From: an uncultured bacterium
GTDB taxonomy: Bacteria; Zhuqueibacterota; QNDG01; DSAB01
Direction of reading: 5' to 3'
Length of the DNA stretch: 49,117 bases
Assembly: GCA_964614115.1 (NCBI GenBank)
Contig: CAZTKR010000002.1
Coordinates: forward strand, 1-49,117
Shown: positions 17,848-27,725 of the stretch, piece after piece
Numbering within the stretch: the first letter of the stretch is position 1
Layout: every line of letters begins with the position of its first letter
Translations under genes and position numbers: made by a program
Notes under the pieces: model-generated
The model's input: the letters and a program-made list of their open reading frames with translations, nothing else
What the model was told of the DNA's origin: nothing
Database searches by the model: none

Positions 17848-18273
17848 ATGAGAGAGTTGGGCGTAATCGTTCGTATCGAAGAAGGCAAGGGCGTTATTCA
17901 TCTGGATTCCCGGGGCGGATGCAAGTCGTGCGCCATGAATAGGCACTGCCATGCCACGGGTACGGGCAAACGGGAACTCCAGCTGGGGCTGGGCGGACGG
18001 GATTATGCTGCCGGTGATGTCGTCGAAATCGAAACACCGGCCAGGAGCGTGTTGACGGCGGCGTTTCTCGTATTCATCCTCCCTCTCGTTCTTTCCGGAG
18101 CCACCTATTTCCTGGTCTATTCCATGACCGCCAGCACGGGCCAGGGCTTGCTGGGTTTTTTCGGATGTTTCGTCCTGTCGGAAGTTCTCGTAGCCTGGAT
18201 CGATAAGGTGTTTGGACGAAGGCAGTTCTTCGAACCCCGTATCGTTCGCCGTATCGAACAGAGATTGGAATGA
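17848..18273 (+). CDS. RseC/MucC family (SoxR-reducing-system-like) membrane protein
   Basis: GVIVRIEEGKGVIHLDSRGGCKSCAMNRHCHA, then two TM helices (LTAAFLVFILPLVLSGATYFLVY; LLGFFGCFVLSEVLVAWI), the typical RseC architecture. ATG 17848 lies 8 nt after GGAAGG. The track start 17839 is a GTG inside the SD. Confidence 0.75.
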   Translation: MRELGVIVRIEEGKGVIHLDSRGGCKSCAMNRHCHATGTGKRELQLGLGGRDYAAGDVVEIETPARSVLTAAFLVFILPLVLSGATYFLVYSMTASTGQGLLGFFGCFVLSEVLVAWIDKVFGRRQFFEPRIVRRIEQRLE

Positions 18274-18393
18274 ATCGCCTTTGGGCTCAATCCCATGTCG
18301 AGGATCAGTTTTTCTCCTTGACTTTTTGTGATGAAATCCCCTAATTATGGGGTCGATACTTTGGGAGTGGTCTCAACAGAGGAGAACGAAAGC

Positions 18394-18927
18394 ATGAAAA
18401 AGACAATCATTCTTTTGGGCGGCATCGTTTTACTGATGGTCATGGGCTGTGCGTCGGTCAGCGTTACGGTCAATTACGACGAGGCAGCCGTTTTCAGCAA
18501 CTATCAGACTTTTTCCTTCGTCAGGCCGAAGGCGCAGCAGCAAGGCAGGGCGATGGTGCGGAATCCTTTGTTCACCAAGGATGTGATGAATGAGATCCGA
18601 CCCCTCATGGAGGCCAAGGGATTTAGCGAAGCAAAGTCGAGAGAGGCTGCGGATATGCTGGTGGTTTTTTACGCAGCCGTCCATAATCGCAGGGATTTTG
18701 TGCCGCCGACGTACCGTGTTGGCCGCTGGGGACGGGGCTGGAGGACGAGCCCGGGACATGTGGTTCGTTATAAAGAGGGTACGCTGATCATCGATATCGT
18801 AGACCAGAAAAAGAAGGAACTGGTGTGGCAGGGTGTCGGTAAGGGTGTACTGGATCGATCGAATCCGGCGAGTAATCTATTGGAAGCCGTACAGAAGATC
18901 CTGGAAAAATTTCCCCCGGAAGAATGA
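18394..18927 (+). CDS. DUF4136 family lipoprotein
   Basis: MKKTIILLGGIVLLMVMGCAS lipobox. GTLIIDIVDQKKKELVWQGVGKGVL is the DUF4136 signature. GGAGA SD before ATG 18394. Confidence 0.78.
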   Translation: MKKTIILLGGIVLLMVMGCASVSVTVNYDEAAVFSNYQTFSFVRPKAQQQGRAMVRNPLFTKDVMNEIRPLMEAKGFSEAKSREAADMLVVFYAAVHNRRDFVPPTYRVGRWGRGWRTSPGHVVRYKEGTLIIDIVDQKKKELVWQGVGKGVLDRSNPASNLLEAVQKILEKFPPEE

Positions 18928-18964
18928 GCAACTCTTGACATCCATCGTTCCATACAACCAAATA

Positions 18965-18992
18965 AAGAGGCGATTTATTGTCGCCTCTTTTT
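18965..18992 (+). terminator. rho-independent terminator
   Basis: AAGAGGCGA (18965-18973) / loop TTTATTG / TCGCCTCTT (18981-18989), followed by T residues. Confidence 0.8.
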
Positions 18993-19058
18993 ATCATTCG
19001 ATTCCTTTCAACGAATCACCGAAGAGGTAGTCGTTACGAGTGCAGAAAGCGATCTGAG

Positions 19059-19841
19059 ATGAAAGTCACCGTGTGTGAGCTCAGTCAGGAGGAAGACGAT
19101 TTCCGGCAGGAATGGAATCGTCTGGTCGAGCATGTAAGATCCGAAGAGAGCGAACTCGTCTTACTTCCCGAGATGATTTTTAACGTCTGGTTCGCCGTCC
19201 AGCGTCCGTTTCAAGAGAAGGTATGGCGGGATGTTATGGCATCCCATGACACGTGGATGGAACGGATCGACGAACTGGCGCCGGCCATCGTTCTGGGTTC
19301 ACGGCCCGTGGAACGCAACGGCAAACGACTGAACGAGGCCTTCGTCTGGAATGCCCAGACGGGGTATCGAGGAGCCCACACAAAATACTATCTGCCCGAC
19401 GAGGCGGGCTTCTGGGAAGCGTCCTGGTACGATCGGGGTTCCGGTGATTTCACTCCCTTCGATGCGGGTGGTGTGAAAATTGGCTTGATGATCTGTACCG
19501 ATATCTGGTTTTTTCAGCATGCCAGGGCTTACGGTCAATCGGGCGTTCATCTGATCGCCCATCCCCGGGCAACGCAGCGGGTCAACCTGGATAAATGGCT
19601 CGTGGCCGGTCGGGCAGCTTCCGTGGTATCGGGCGCTTTTTGTATCTCTTCCAACCATGTCAGCCCTCGGGGGACGCACCCGGAATTGGGAGGCATGGGC
19701 TGGATTATCGCACCCGACGGGGATGTACTGGGCTTGACCTCCCGGCAGGAACCGTTTATTACGAGGGATATCGATTTGGGGCTAGCGGATCGTGCTAAGA
19801 AGACGTATCCTCGTTATATTGTTGATGATACGGATGGATGA
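19059..19841 (+). CDS. carbon-nitrogen hydrolase (nitrilase superfamily) protein
   Basis: Glu-Lys-Cys triad context: LVLLPEM, AHTKYYLP, KIGLMICTDIWF. The start MKVTVCEL at 19059 lies downstream of the terminator at 18965-18992, so the longer track ORF (18978) is unlikely. Confidence 0.82.
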   Translation: MKVTVCELSQEEDDFRQEWNRLVEHVRSEESELVLLPEMIFNVWFAVQRPFQEKVWRDVMASHDTWMERIDELAPAIVLGSRPVERNGKRLNEAFVWNAQTGYRGAHTKYYLPDEAGFWEASWYDRGSGDFTPFDAGGVKIGLMICTDIWFFQHARAYGQSGVHLIAHPRATQRVNLDKWLVAGRAASVVSGAFCISSNHVSPRGTHPELGGMGWIIAPDGDVLGLTSRQEPFITRDIDLGLADRAKKTYPRYIVDDTDG

Positions 19842-19997
19842 TGGTCATTATGAGAATCCGTCAGATATAGAAGCTCAGCTTTTTCCGTCTGATGGATGAT
19901 TGTCCTTTTGCTATCGCAGAGAGAGAATGTTCAGATAATCGTCGTCTGATTTTATGATTTACATCCCATGCTCTTCATTCCATCGGAGTCTGCAACG

Positions 19998-21953
19998 ATG
20001 TGGATACATGCAGGACAACCTTCGAGAGCAATTATCAGACTCATCGTAGTTATACTCGTGCTCTCCTTTTTTGGATGTTCCCATATGGGGGAATGGGGCA
20101 AACGCATCGACTGGAAAGAAATCGATTTTAGGCATCTGCCTGGAGAGAAGGAATACCCCGGCGCCGGAGCCATCATACTTCTGGATGATGGGAGCATGGA
20201 GATCTACAATGCCGGCCGGGATGGATTGAGCGTGTTCCAGCGGCACCGTATCGTCAAGATTCTGAATCCCCAGGGCCATCGATACTTGAATGTGGTCATC
20301 CCTTACAGCCCGGCTTCCAGGGTGGATAATATCATGGCACGAACCATATCACCCGACGGCAAGATCACGGTTCTGGATAAAGAGGATATATTCGACATCA
20401 CCTTCTATCCGTTTTACGTATTCTACTCCGACAGGCGTGCCAAACTGTTTACTCTTCCGGCCGTGGAGGATGGGTCTATTATCGAGTACCGCTACCGGGT
20501 AAATGTCCGCACGTACACGTTCTCGCATGGCTGGCAGTTTCAGGACACGGCCCCCACACTTCTCTCCCGTTTTACTCTGGTGGAACCCTCGGAATGGGAT
20601 GTCCATTATCGTGTTTACGGTATGGAACTGGAACCTCAGACAGACATAAATCCTCCATCTTTTAAAAACACCTATATCTGGGAAGTCCGGGATGTACCGC
20701 CACTGAAAACTGAAATTGGCATGCCACCGATACGTAAGACCGCGGCCCATCTTATCATGTCCCCTATCGGGATAGAGACGTGGGATGACGTGGCTGCGTG
20801 GTATTACCGTCTTGCAGAACCTAAAATCGCGGCGGGATCGGGGATTAAAGAACGTGTCTTACAGCTCACAGAGGGCGTCGCGACAGAAAAAGAGAAGCTG
20901 AGGCGTATTTACGAATGGGTGCGGGATCACATCCGGTACATCGCCGTCTCCATCGGTATCGGGGGTTTTCAGCCGCATCCGGCCGAGGAAATCCTGAAGA
21001 ACCGGTACGGGGACTGCAAGGACATGACCACCCTGCTTTGTGCCATGGTCCGGGAAGCGGGCATCGATGCCTACGAGGTGCTCATCAGTACCCGGCAGAA
21101 CGGCGTACCGGATACGACGCTACCCTCCCAGCTCGTTTTTAACCATGCCATTGCCTACTGTCCGACTGTAGGGGATAGCGGCGTATGGATGGATGCCACG
21201 GCGAAGGGTTGTCCCTTCGGACAGCTTCCCTGGTATGATCAGGGGCTTCCTGTCCTGGTCGTTGGTGATGGAGGCAAGGCCAGCCTTCCCACGACGCCAC
21301 GGTTGCCGCCGGACAGCAACCATTCGGCAGTGAACTGGCATGTGGCCTTGGATTCGACGGGGATGGCTCGTATCAACGGTATGTCTATCGTGTCGGGAGC
21401 ACCGGCCGTGGAGATGCGGGAGGAATTCATTGCGTCATCCATGGAAGAGCGTAGAGAATGGCTCGAGAGGTGGCTGGCGCGCAGGTGCCCGGGCGTGACT
21501 CTGGATTCCTTCCGGATAGAAAGTATCGATCCTGTCGAGGATCCATTGCAGGTCATCTACACGTTTCGTGCACAGCAATTCGCGATCAGGCGTCCCGGGG
21601 AGTTGGTGTTTTCTCCGGGTACGATATCGTCCCTCGACCTCTCGGCATATTTTCGTGCCGATGAGCGTGTGCATCCTATCCAGTTCATGTACGGCCATAA
21701 GAACGAGCTTCACCTGACGGTTGATTTGCCCGACAGATGGACAGCAGAGGAACCGGCCTGGTCCGATTCACTCACCTCACCCTTCGGGTCGGCCGCATGG
21801 TCGTGGCAGTCCGACTCCACACGATATCACATACAGTCCGTACTCCGTCTCGAGGGAGAGGATATTCCGCCGGATCGGTATGCGGAATTCCGTGATTTCG
21901 TGGATGAGAAGAACGAGCGGGATTTACGACAAGTCGTCCTGAAGAAGAAATGA
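19998..21953 (+). CDS. DUF3857 / transglutaminase-like / DUF3858-type lipoprotein
   Basis: Lipobox LVLSFFGC. Transglutaminase core Cys-His-Asp context: YGDCKDMTTLLCAMVREAGIDAYEVLIS, FNHAIAY, VWMDAT. Start ATG 19998 or 19968. Confidence 0.8.
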   Translation: MWIHAGQPSRAIIRLIVVILVLSFFGCSHMGEWGKRIDWKEIDFRHLPGEKEYPGAGAIILLDDGSMEIYNAGRDGLSVFQRHRIVKILNPQGHRYLNVVIPYSPASRVDNIMARTISPDGKITVLDKEDIFDITFYPFYVFYSDRRAKLFTLPAVEDGSIIEYRYRVNVRTYTFSHGWQFQDTAPTLLSRFTLVEPSEWDVHYRVYGMELEPQTDINPPSFKNTYIWEVRDVPPLKTEIGMPPIRKTAAHLIMSPIGIETWDDVAAWYYRLAEPKIAAGSGIKERVLQLTEGVATEKEKLRRIYEWVRDHIRYIAVSIGIGGFQPHPAEEILKNRYGDCKDMTTLLCAMVREAGIDAYEVLISTRQNGVPDTTLPSQLVFNHAIAYCPTVGDSGVWMDATAKGCPFGQLPWYDQGLPVLVVGDGGKASLPTTPRLPPDSNHSAVNWHVALDSTGMARINGMSIVSGAPAVEMREEFIASSMEERREWLERWLARRCPGVTLDSFRIESIDPVEDPLQVIYTFRAQQFAIRRPGELVFSPGTISSLDLSAYFRADERVHPIQFMYGHKNELHLTVDLPDRWTAEEPAWSDSLTSPFGSAAWSWQSDSTRYHIQSVLRLEGEDIPPDRYAEFRDFVDEKNERDLRQVVLKKK

Positions 21954-22076
21954 CGGGATCGTGGATTTCTATGTATACGGATCGGATATGTGGACGATAC
22001 ATCGAGAATCCCGTCGACACAAAGACGTCGGATGTAAATAAATTAAAAAGGCGCATCCATAAATAGAAGGAATGGC

Positions 22077-22835
22077 ATGGAATTTTTCCACAAAGGCGTT
22101 CTTGTCACTGGAGCTTCGCGGGGGATAGGCCGGGAGATCGCACACCAGTTTGCCGAAAAAGGAGCGACCGTGGCGATTCACTACAATCAGAATAAGCAGG
22201 CGGCCCAGGAGACGAGGGATTCTCTGGAGGGCAATTCGCACTTCCTCGTCCAGGCAGACATGATGGATTCAGCGTCGGTCAAGGCCATGGTCGACACTGT
22301 CGCCGAAACGATGGGGCGGATCGACGTTCTGGTCAACAATGCCGGCGTTTACGGGTACCATCCCATACCGGATACTGATTACGCGGAATGGCAGGACTGG
22401 TGGAGGCGAACCCTGGGGACGAATCTAATTGGCGCGGCCAATGTGTCGTATCTCATCGCCCGTCACATGATGGAAAAGGGAGGCGGGCGTATCGTCAACG
22501 TGTCATCACGGGGGGCTTTTCGGGGAGAACCCCATGCACCGGCTTACGGGGCCAGCAAGGCCGGGATGAACGCCATGAGCCAGTCGATGGCCAAAGCCCT
22601 GGCGCCGCACAACATATTTGTGTACGCCGTGGCGCCGGGTTTCGTGGAGACCGAGATGGCGGCTCCTTATCTGGAAGGTCCGGAAGGCGATTCGATCCGC
22701 GGCCAGAGCCCCATGGGCCGAGTGGCCAGGCCCGAGGAGGTGGCTCGTACCGTGCTGTTTCTGGCATCGACAGCGCCGGAGTTTATGACGGGCAGTATCG
22801 TGGACATCAACGGGGCGTCGTACTTGCGGACGTGA
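22077..22835 (+). CDS. SDR family oxidoreductase (FabG-like)
   Basis: [15 protein letters not shown] (TGxxxGIG), NNAG, and SS...YGASKAG catalytic Tyr-x3-Lys. 252 aa. Confidence 0.9.
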   Translation: MEFFHKGVLVTGASRGIGREIAHQFAEKGATVAIHYNQNKQAAQETRDSLEGNSHFLVQADMMDSASVKAMVDTVAETMGRIDVLVNNAGVYGYHPIPDTDYAEWQDWWRRTLGTNLIGAANVSYLIARHMMEKGGGRIVNVSSRGAFRGEPHAPAYGASKAGMNAMSQSMAKALAPHNIFVYAVAPGFVETEMAAPYLEGPEGDSIRGQSPMGRVARPEEVARTVLFLASTAPEFMTGSIVDINGASYLRT

Positions 22836-22972
22836 GAACCGCCGAGGTCTGCCGGGCTCAGGCCAGAACAGTATAAATGCAGCCGGATCCATCCCAACTA
22901 TCCGCTTCACGAAAGACGTTCATCGGTCAAAATCAACCCACGAGTGAATACGACACACCCTTCGGAGATGAT

Positions 22973-23004
22973 GTCCGCCTTTTCCGAGTAGGCAGACGTT
23001 TTTT
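22973..23004 (+). terminator. probable rho-independent terminator
   Basis: GTCCGCC (22973-22979) / GGCAGAC (22991-22997), with one mismatch, followed by GTTTTTT. Confidence 0.5.
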
Positions 23005-23119
23005 ATCGGCTTGCATGAATAATATTAAAAATCTTTTTAAATAAGACCCGAGCTCTACAACTTTTTCCTGTCTTTTTCCGTATGTTATGTGTGAGTGAAC
23101 TGCTTACCGGAGGTCGGTC

Positions 23120-25513
23120 ATGATCAAGAATTATTTTTTGGTTGCCTGGAGAAATCTGAAATCCCAGAAGATATTTTCCTTCGTCAATATCCTGGGCATG
23201 GCCCTGGGGATGGCCGGATTTGCCCTTTTTGCCCTGACCGCCGGTGTTAAACTGAATGCCGATCGGTTCCATAAAAACGCCCGCCGGATTTACGGTGTCG
23301 TGCAAGTGGTTCCGGTGGAGAATAAAGACGAGGAGCATACGGCCTTCACACCCGGGCCACTGTTGTCGGCTCTGAGAAGTGAGATACCCGAGATCGAGGA
23401 TGGCGTTCGGGTGTGTCCGTCGGGCCGGATGACGATCAGGCATGGAGATATGAGTTTTTACGAGGATCATGTTCTTTTCATAGACCCGAGTTTCTTTACT
23501 GTGTTTTCGTTTGACCTGGTATCGGGGAATTCTGAAGAATCGCTTTCCAGACCCTACACCATCGTGATGTCCGAGGCAGCTGCGTTCAAGTATTTCGGGG
23601 ATCAAGATCCCATCGGGAAAGTCCTGACGCTGAACAATCGCGTTGACGTGACCGTAACCGGAATCACCAAGGATGTACCCAGGACATCTTCTATCCGGTT
23701 TGAATTCCTGGTCTCGATGGAAACGCTCCGTTTATTGTCCGATGACCTGGAAAGCTGGAACGTCAACAAGCATGCCACGTTCGTCCTTTTATCCGAGGAT
23801 TCTGACGGCGCGGGATTGAATGAGAAGCTCACGACCATACTGAAAAAGTACGTTCCCGATTCACCTCTGTCTCCGAAGAAAATGTACTTGTTTCCATTCC
23901 TGGATTTTCGGTTAAAATCTCAGCACATCACGTCGTTCTTGCCGGCCAGTATACCGGCCAGTGTGATCATCGTTCTTGCCTTTGGAGCGATCCTGCTGCT
24001 GGTGGTTTGCATCAATTTTATCAACCTGTCCACGGCGCGGTACATGCAGCGAACCCGTGAGGTGGGCATGAGGAAGGTGATCGGCGCCCGGCGCTCTCAG
24101 CTTGTGGCCCAGTTCCTGGGAGAATCCGTTCTGATGGCGTTTTTAGCGTTGCCCTTGGCTTTACTCATTTATGAATGTATTCATCCGATTTTAACGGCTT
24201 ATCTCGGAGGATTTGCCAGCCTGACCTTCGTGTCGAAAACATCGAATTCGATTTGGAATTATCCATTTCTCGTCAAATACCTTGCAGTTACGGCTCTGCT
24301 GGTGGGCCTGTTTTCGGGTGGCTATCCTGCACTCTATCTGTCCAAATTCCGACCGATTCAGATGCTTCAGGGCAGCGTACAGACGGGGAGAAAGAAGAGG
24401 CGGGGTAGTAAGGTCATGATCGTGATACAGTTTACGTTTTCCATACTATTCATCGCCTTTGCCGGTGTTACCAAGCAGCAGTTCGATCATCTTATCAAGG
24501 CCGATTTCGGGTATGCCCGGGACAATGTCGCTGTGGTACGGCTTTCCGGTGCTTCGCGGGCATCCCAGGAGTTGATCCGAACAGAATTGACCCGACACCC
24601 GGACGTGGTAGCAGTTTCCGCGTCGGCGGACCTGCCCATCGTATGGGAGTCTCCCCGGCCGGCCCGTTTACTGGGTACAGAGGAAAAAGAGGCGGTGACC
24701 GTTCACGCGTATGGCGTGGACTATGAATTTACGGACGCCCTCGGTATGGATGTACGACGCGGAAGAGATTTTTCCCGGACTCGCGGCGATAAAAACAGCT
24801 TCGTCATCAGCGAGGCCGCTGTTAAGAAGCTTCGTTTGGACGATGCCGTGGGAAAACAGATTACGGTGGGAGAACAAACGGGTACAGTGATCGGTGTTGT
24901 CGAAGATTTTGTGTTCAGCGACGTGGGATTTGAAATGCCTCCGTCGGTCTTGTATCTGGAGCAGGAGAAGCTTAACTTCATGTTGATTGCATTTTCATCC
25001 GCAGATCGTTTTGAGGAAATTCGCGAAATCATAAAAACAAAGTGGCTCGCTGTCGAGCCCGAATTGCCCTTCGACTGCTTTACACTGGACGATGCCTTTT
25101 ACAGAGTGTTCGGTCTCATGAACCGTTTTGCCGGTTTTTTAAACATCGTCGGTTTGACCGCTGTGTTCTTCTCGGGTCTGGGATTGCTGGGTTTGGCCTC
25201 ATACATGGTAGAGCGGCGAACCAAAGAGATCGGAATCCGGAAGGTGCTGGGCGCTTCACTGACACGGGTGATGTGGACTATCATCCGGGAATTTCTGGTG
25301 CTCGTTGTTGTATCGAACGTCATCGGTCTTTCGTTGATCTTTTTTGGATGGCGACGGATTCTGCAGACGGGTTTACTCTTCATGACGGATATCCGTATGA
25401 GTACGTACGCGTTTGTCGTATTCATCTCGATGTTTACGGCAGCGCTGGCTGTGATGTCGCAGACATGGAAAACGGTACGGGCAAATCCTGTAGATTCCTT
25501 GAGATACGAATAA
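23120..25513 (+). CDS. ABC transporter permease, MacB/FtsX family with duplicated FtsX domains
   Basis: MIKNYFLVAWRNLKSQKIFSFVNILGMALGMA is the canonical N-terminus. Two FtsX-type 4-TM modules (REVGMRKVIGARRSQL and KEIGIRKVLGASLTRV). 797 aa. GGAGG SD. Confidence 0.88.
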   Translation: MIKNYFLVAWRNLKSQKIFSFVNILGMALGMAGFALFALTAGVKLNADRFHKNARRIYGVVQVVPVENKDEEHTAFTPGPLLSALRSEIPEIEDGVRVCPSGRMTIRHGDMSFYEDHVLFIDPSFFTVFSFDLVSGNSEESLSRPYTIVMSEAAAFKYFGDQDPIGKVLTLNNRVDVTVTGITKDVPRTSSIRFEFLVSMETLRLLSDDLESWNVNKHATFVLLSEDSDGAGLNEKLTTILKKYVPDSPLSPKKMYLFPFLDFRLKSQHITSFLPASIPASVIIVLAFGAILLLVVCINFINLSTARYMQRTREVGMRKVIGARRSQLVAQFLGESVLMAFLALPLALLIYECIHPILTAYLGGFASLTFVSKTSNSIWNYPFLVKYLAVTALLVGLFSGGYPALYLSKFRPIQMLQGSVQTGRKKRRGSKVMIVIQFTFSILFIAFAGVTKQQFDHLIKADFGYARDNVAVVRLSGASRASQELIRTELTRHPDVVAVSASADLPIVWESPRPARLLGTEEKEAVTVHAYGVDYEFTDALGMDVRRGRDFSRTRGDKNSFVISEAAVKKLRLDDAVGKQITVGEQTGTVIGVVEDFVFSDVGFEMPPSVLYLEQEKLNFMLIAFSSADRFEEIREIIKTKWLAVEPELPFDCFTLDDAFYRVFGLMNRFAGFLNIVGLTAVFFSGLGLLGLASYMVERRTKEIGIRKVLGASLTRVMWTIIREFLVLVVVSNVIGLSLIFFGWRRILQTGLLFMTDIRMSTYAFVVFISMFTAALAVMSQTWKTVRANPVDSLRYE

Positions 25514-25844
25514 GCCCCTTTTAAATGTCGTGATGAAATCGGTTTTAACGTACGCATCAAGAATAGCATCAACAATCGGTTTATTTTATCGTTTTTAGGA
25601 ATCCTCGCCAGCCCCGGGGGTGGGAATGATTCATGCCTCGTCTCAATCAGCCTGACGAGAGGAGGAGAGACTTACCGGCTGTTGATAAATGGGGAGTCCT
25701 CATCGAAGGGAAGATATAAGATGCTTCTATGCAGTAGAATCTCAATGCGTATCCGTGGATGTCAACACATGCAGGTTTTGTGAATCCCTTCGTCTGTAAA
25801 ATGTCCCATTCCATACCACGCATGTAAACATAAGGTAACTTCCT

Positions 25845-26753
25845 GTGGTGAAAAACACGTTTAAAAACAAGAACAAAGCCATTGTCTTATCAGCAGCTGG
25901 GATGATCGTCCTGATTTTGATCATCGTCAGCGCATGCGCAGATCGTCCGGGACGGGCCATACGTGTGATGAGCTACAACATCCGATACGATAATCCCGAT
26001 GACGGCGAGAATGCCTGGATTCATCGAAGGGACGCTGTGGCCAGCATGATCCGGTTTCATAAGGCTGATGTGGTGGGTGTGCAGGAGGCCCTGGCGCATC
26101 AAATCGACGACTTGGCAACAAGACTGCCCGGGTTCGATTGGTTCGGGATCGGGCGCGATGACGGGAAGGCGGAAGGGGAGTTCACGGCCGTGTTCTACAG
26201 GCTTCATCGCTTGAGGAGTGAAGACCGTTCGACGTTCTGGTTGTCCGAAACGCCCGACCGGCCCGGTCTTGGGTGGGATGCGGCCTGTAACCGGACAGTG
26301 ACCTGGAGCCGGTTCGTCGATGTATCCACCCGAAAGTCATTCTTCTTTTTCAATACCCACTTCGATCATCGAGGACAGAGGGCCCGCGTAGAGAGCGCCC
26401 ATTTGCTCCTGAGCAAGATAGATGCACTGGCTCCAGAAGATACGCCAGTGGTGATTACCGGAGATTTCAACTGCACAACCGATTCCGAGCCCTATGAAAT
26501 CCTAACGCGAGGTGAGTCTGAAGAAGAGACTAGAACGTACTATGACGCGCGCCGGATATCTGGTATAGGCCATCATGGGCCGACGGGAACGTTTACCGGG
26601 TTTGATATTCAGGCTGTTACCGGCCAGCCCATCGATTACATTTTCGTCAGCCGGGAGTGGCAGGTTAGGTTCCACGGCACCTTGTCCGACATATTCGACG
26701 GGCGGTTTCCTTCCGACCACATGCCTGTTCTGGCAGAAATTTTTCTCAAATAA
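25845..26753 (+). CDS. endonuclease/exonuclease/phosphatase (EEP) family lipoprotein
   Basis: IRVMSYNIRYDNP, VVGVQEA, TGDFN and SDHMPV motifs. Lipobox IIVSACA. GTG start at 25845. Confidence 0.85.
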   Translation: MVKNTFKNKNKAIVLSAAGMIVLILIIVSACADRPGRAIRVMSYNIRYDNPDDGENAWIHRRDAVASMIRFHKADVVGVQEALAHQIDDLATRLPGFDWFGIGRDDGKAEGEFTAVFYRLHRLRSEDRSTFWLSETPDRPGLGWDAACNRTVTWSRFVDVSTRKSFFFFNTHFDHRGQRARVESAHLLLSKIDALAPEDTPVVITGDFNCTTDSEPYEILTRGESEEETRTYYDARRISGIGHHGPTGTFTGFDIQAVTGQPIDYIFVSREWQVRFHGTLSDIFDGRFPSDHMPVLAEIFLK

Positions 26754-26768
26754 CCGGCAATAAAATGC

Positions 26769-26797
26769 TTGACAAATGGGATTCCTTTTTGTATCTT
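26769..26797 (+). promoter_or_regulatory. sigma70-like promoter of the Fe-S island
   Basis: Perfect TTGACA (26769-26774), 17-nt spacer, TATCTT (26792-26797), about 30 nt upstream of ATG 26826. Confidence 0.55.
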
Positions 26798-26801
26798 ATT
26801 A

Positions 26802-26815
26802 TGAGCATATGCTCA
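26802..26815 (+). promoter_or_regulatory. perfect 14-bp palindrome, candidate operator at the transcription start
   Basis: TGAGCATATGCTCA (7+7, perfect), beginning 5 nt after the -10 candidate. Confidence 0.5.
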
Positions 26816-26825
26816 AAACATAGGT

Positions 26826-27725
26826 ATGAGAATGGATGAGAATAGAAATCAACGTATGATAATCGCCATGGCCAGCGGAAAGGGCGGGACCGGGAAAACA
26901 ACCCTGGCCACGAACCTGGCCCGGGTACTGGAAGATCGAGGCGTGATCTTCATCGACTGCGATGTGGAGGAGCCCAACGGACACCTTTTCCTAAAACCGG
27001 CAATGGATAAAGAAAGACCGTATCATACATTCATCCCGGTGGTCGATCCTGTAAAATGCACGGCATGCGGCAAGTGCTCGGAACTCTGCCAGTTTAACGC
27101 CATCGCCACCATCAAAGACAAGGTGCTGGTCTTCCCCGAGCTATGCCACGCCTGCGAGGGCTGTAAACTCATTTGTCCCGAGGATGCGATTTCCGACGGC
27201 CAGAAAGAAGTGGGTGTCATCGCCGAAGGATCGGCTGGGAAAATCCGGTTTGCCCACGGGCGGCTTCGTATCGGGGAGGTCATGTCCCCGCCGCTGATAC
27301 GCGAGGTGAAGCGCGTGGGTCTTTCCGCCAACGATTCCCGTATCGTCCTTATCGACGCGCCGCCTGGTACGTCCTGTCCCGTTATCTCTGCCGTGGAAGG
27401 ATGCGATTTTGTGGTTCTGGTCACAGAGCCGACGCCGTTTGGACTCCACGATCTGAAACTGGCCGTAGAGATGGTCCGTGTACTCGGGATTCCTTTTGGC
27501 GTGGTGATTAATCGGTCGACAGTGGGCGACCGGAACGTGTGGCAATACTGCGATGATGAGGGTATCCCCATTCTCATGGAGATACCCGACGATCGGGACA
27601 TTGCCGTGGCTTATTCTCAGGGGACATTGCTCGTCGACGCACTGCCAGAGTACCGAACGCATTTTGAAGGTCTCTACCAGCGTATTCTATCGCATATCCC
27701 CATGGAAGAGAAGGTGGCACGATGA
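26826..27725 (+). CDS. MinD/ParA-type P-loop ATPase with inserted 2x[4Fe-4S] ferredoxin domain (COG1149-like), copy 1
   Basis: Deviant Walker A MASGKGGTGKTTLATNLA. CTACGKCSELC and CHACEGCKLIC (CxxCxxCxxxC x2). IDAPPGTSCPV. The start may instead be ATG 26856 (MIIAMASGKGG). Confidence 0.88.
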   Translation: MRMDENRNQRMIIAMASGKGGTGKTTLATNLARVLEDRGVIFIDCDVEEPNGHLFLKPAMDKERPYHTFIPVVDPVKCTACGKCSELCQFNAIATIKDKVLVFPELCHACEGCKLICPEDAISDGQKEVGVIAEGSAGKIRFAHGRLRIGEVMSPPLIREVKRVGLSANDSRIVLIDAPPGTSCPVISAVEGCDFVVLVTEPTPFGLHDLKLAVEMVRVLGIPFGVVINRSTVGDRNVWQYCDDEGIPILMEIPDDRDIAVAYSQGTLLVDALPEYRTHFEGLYQRILSHIPMEEKVAR

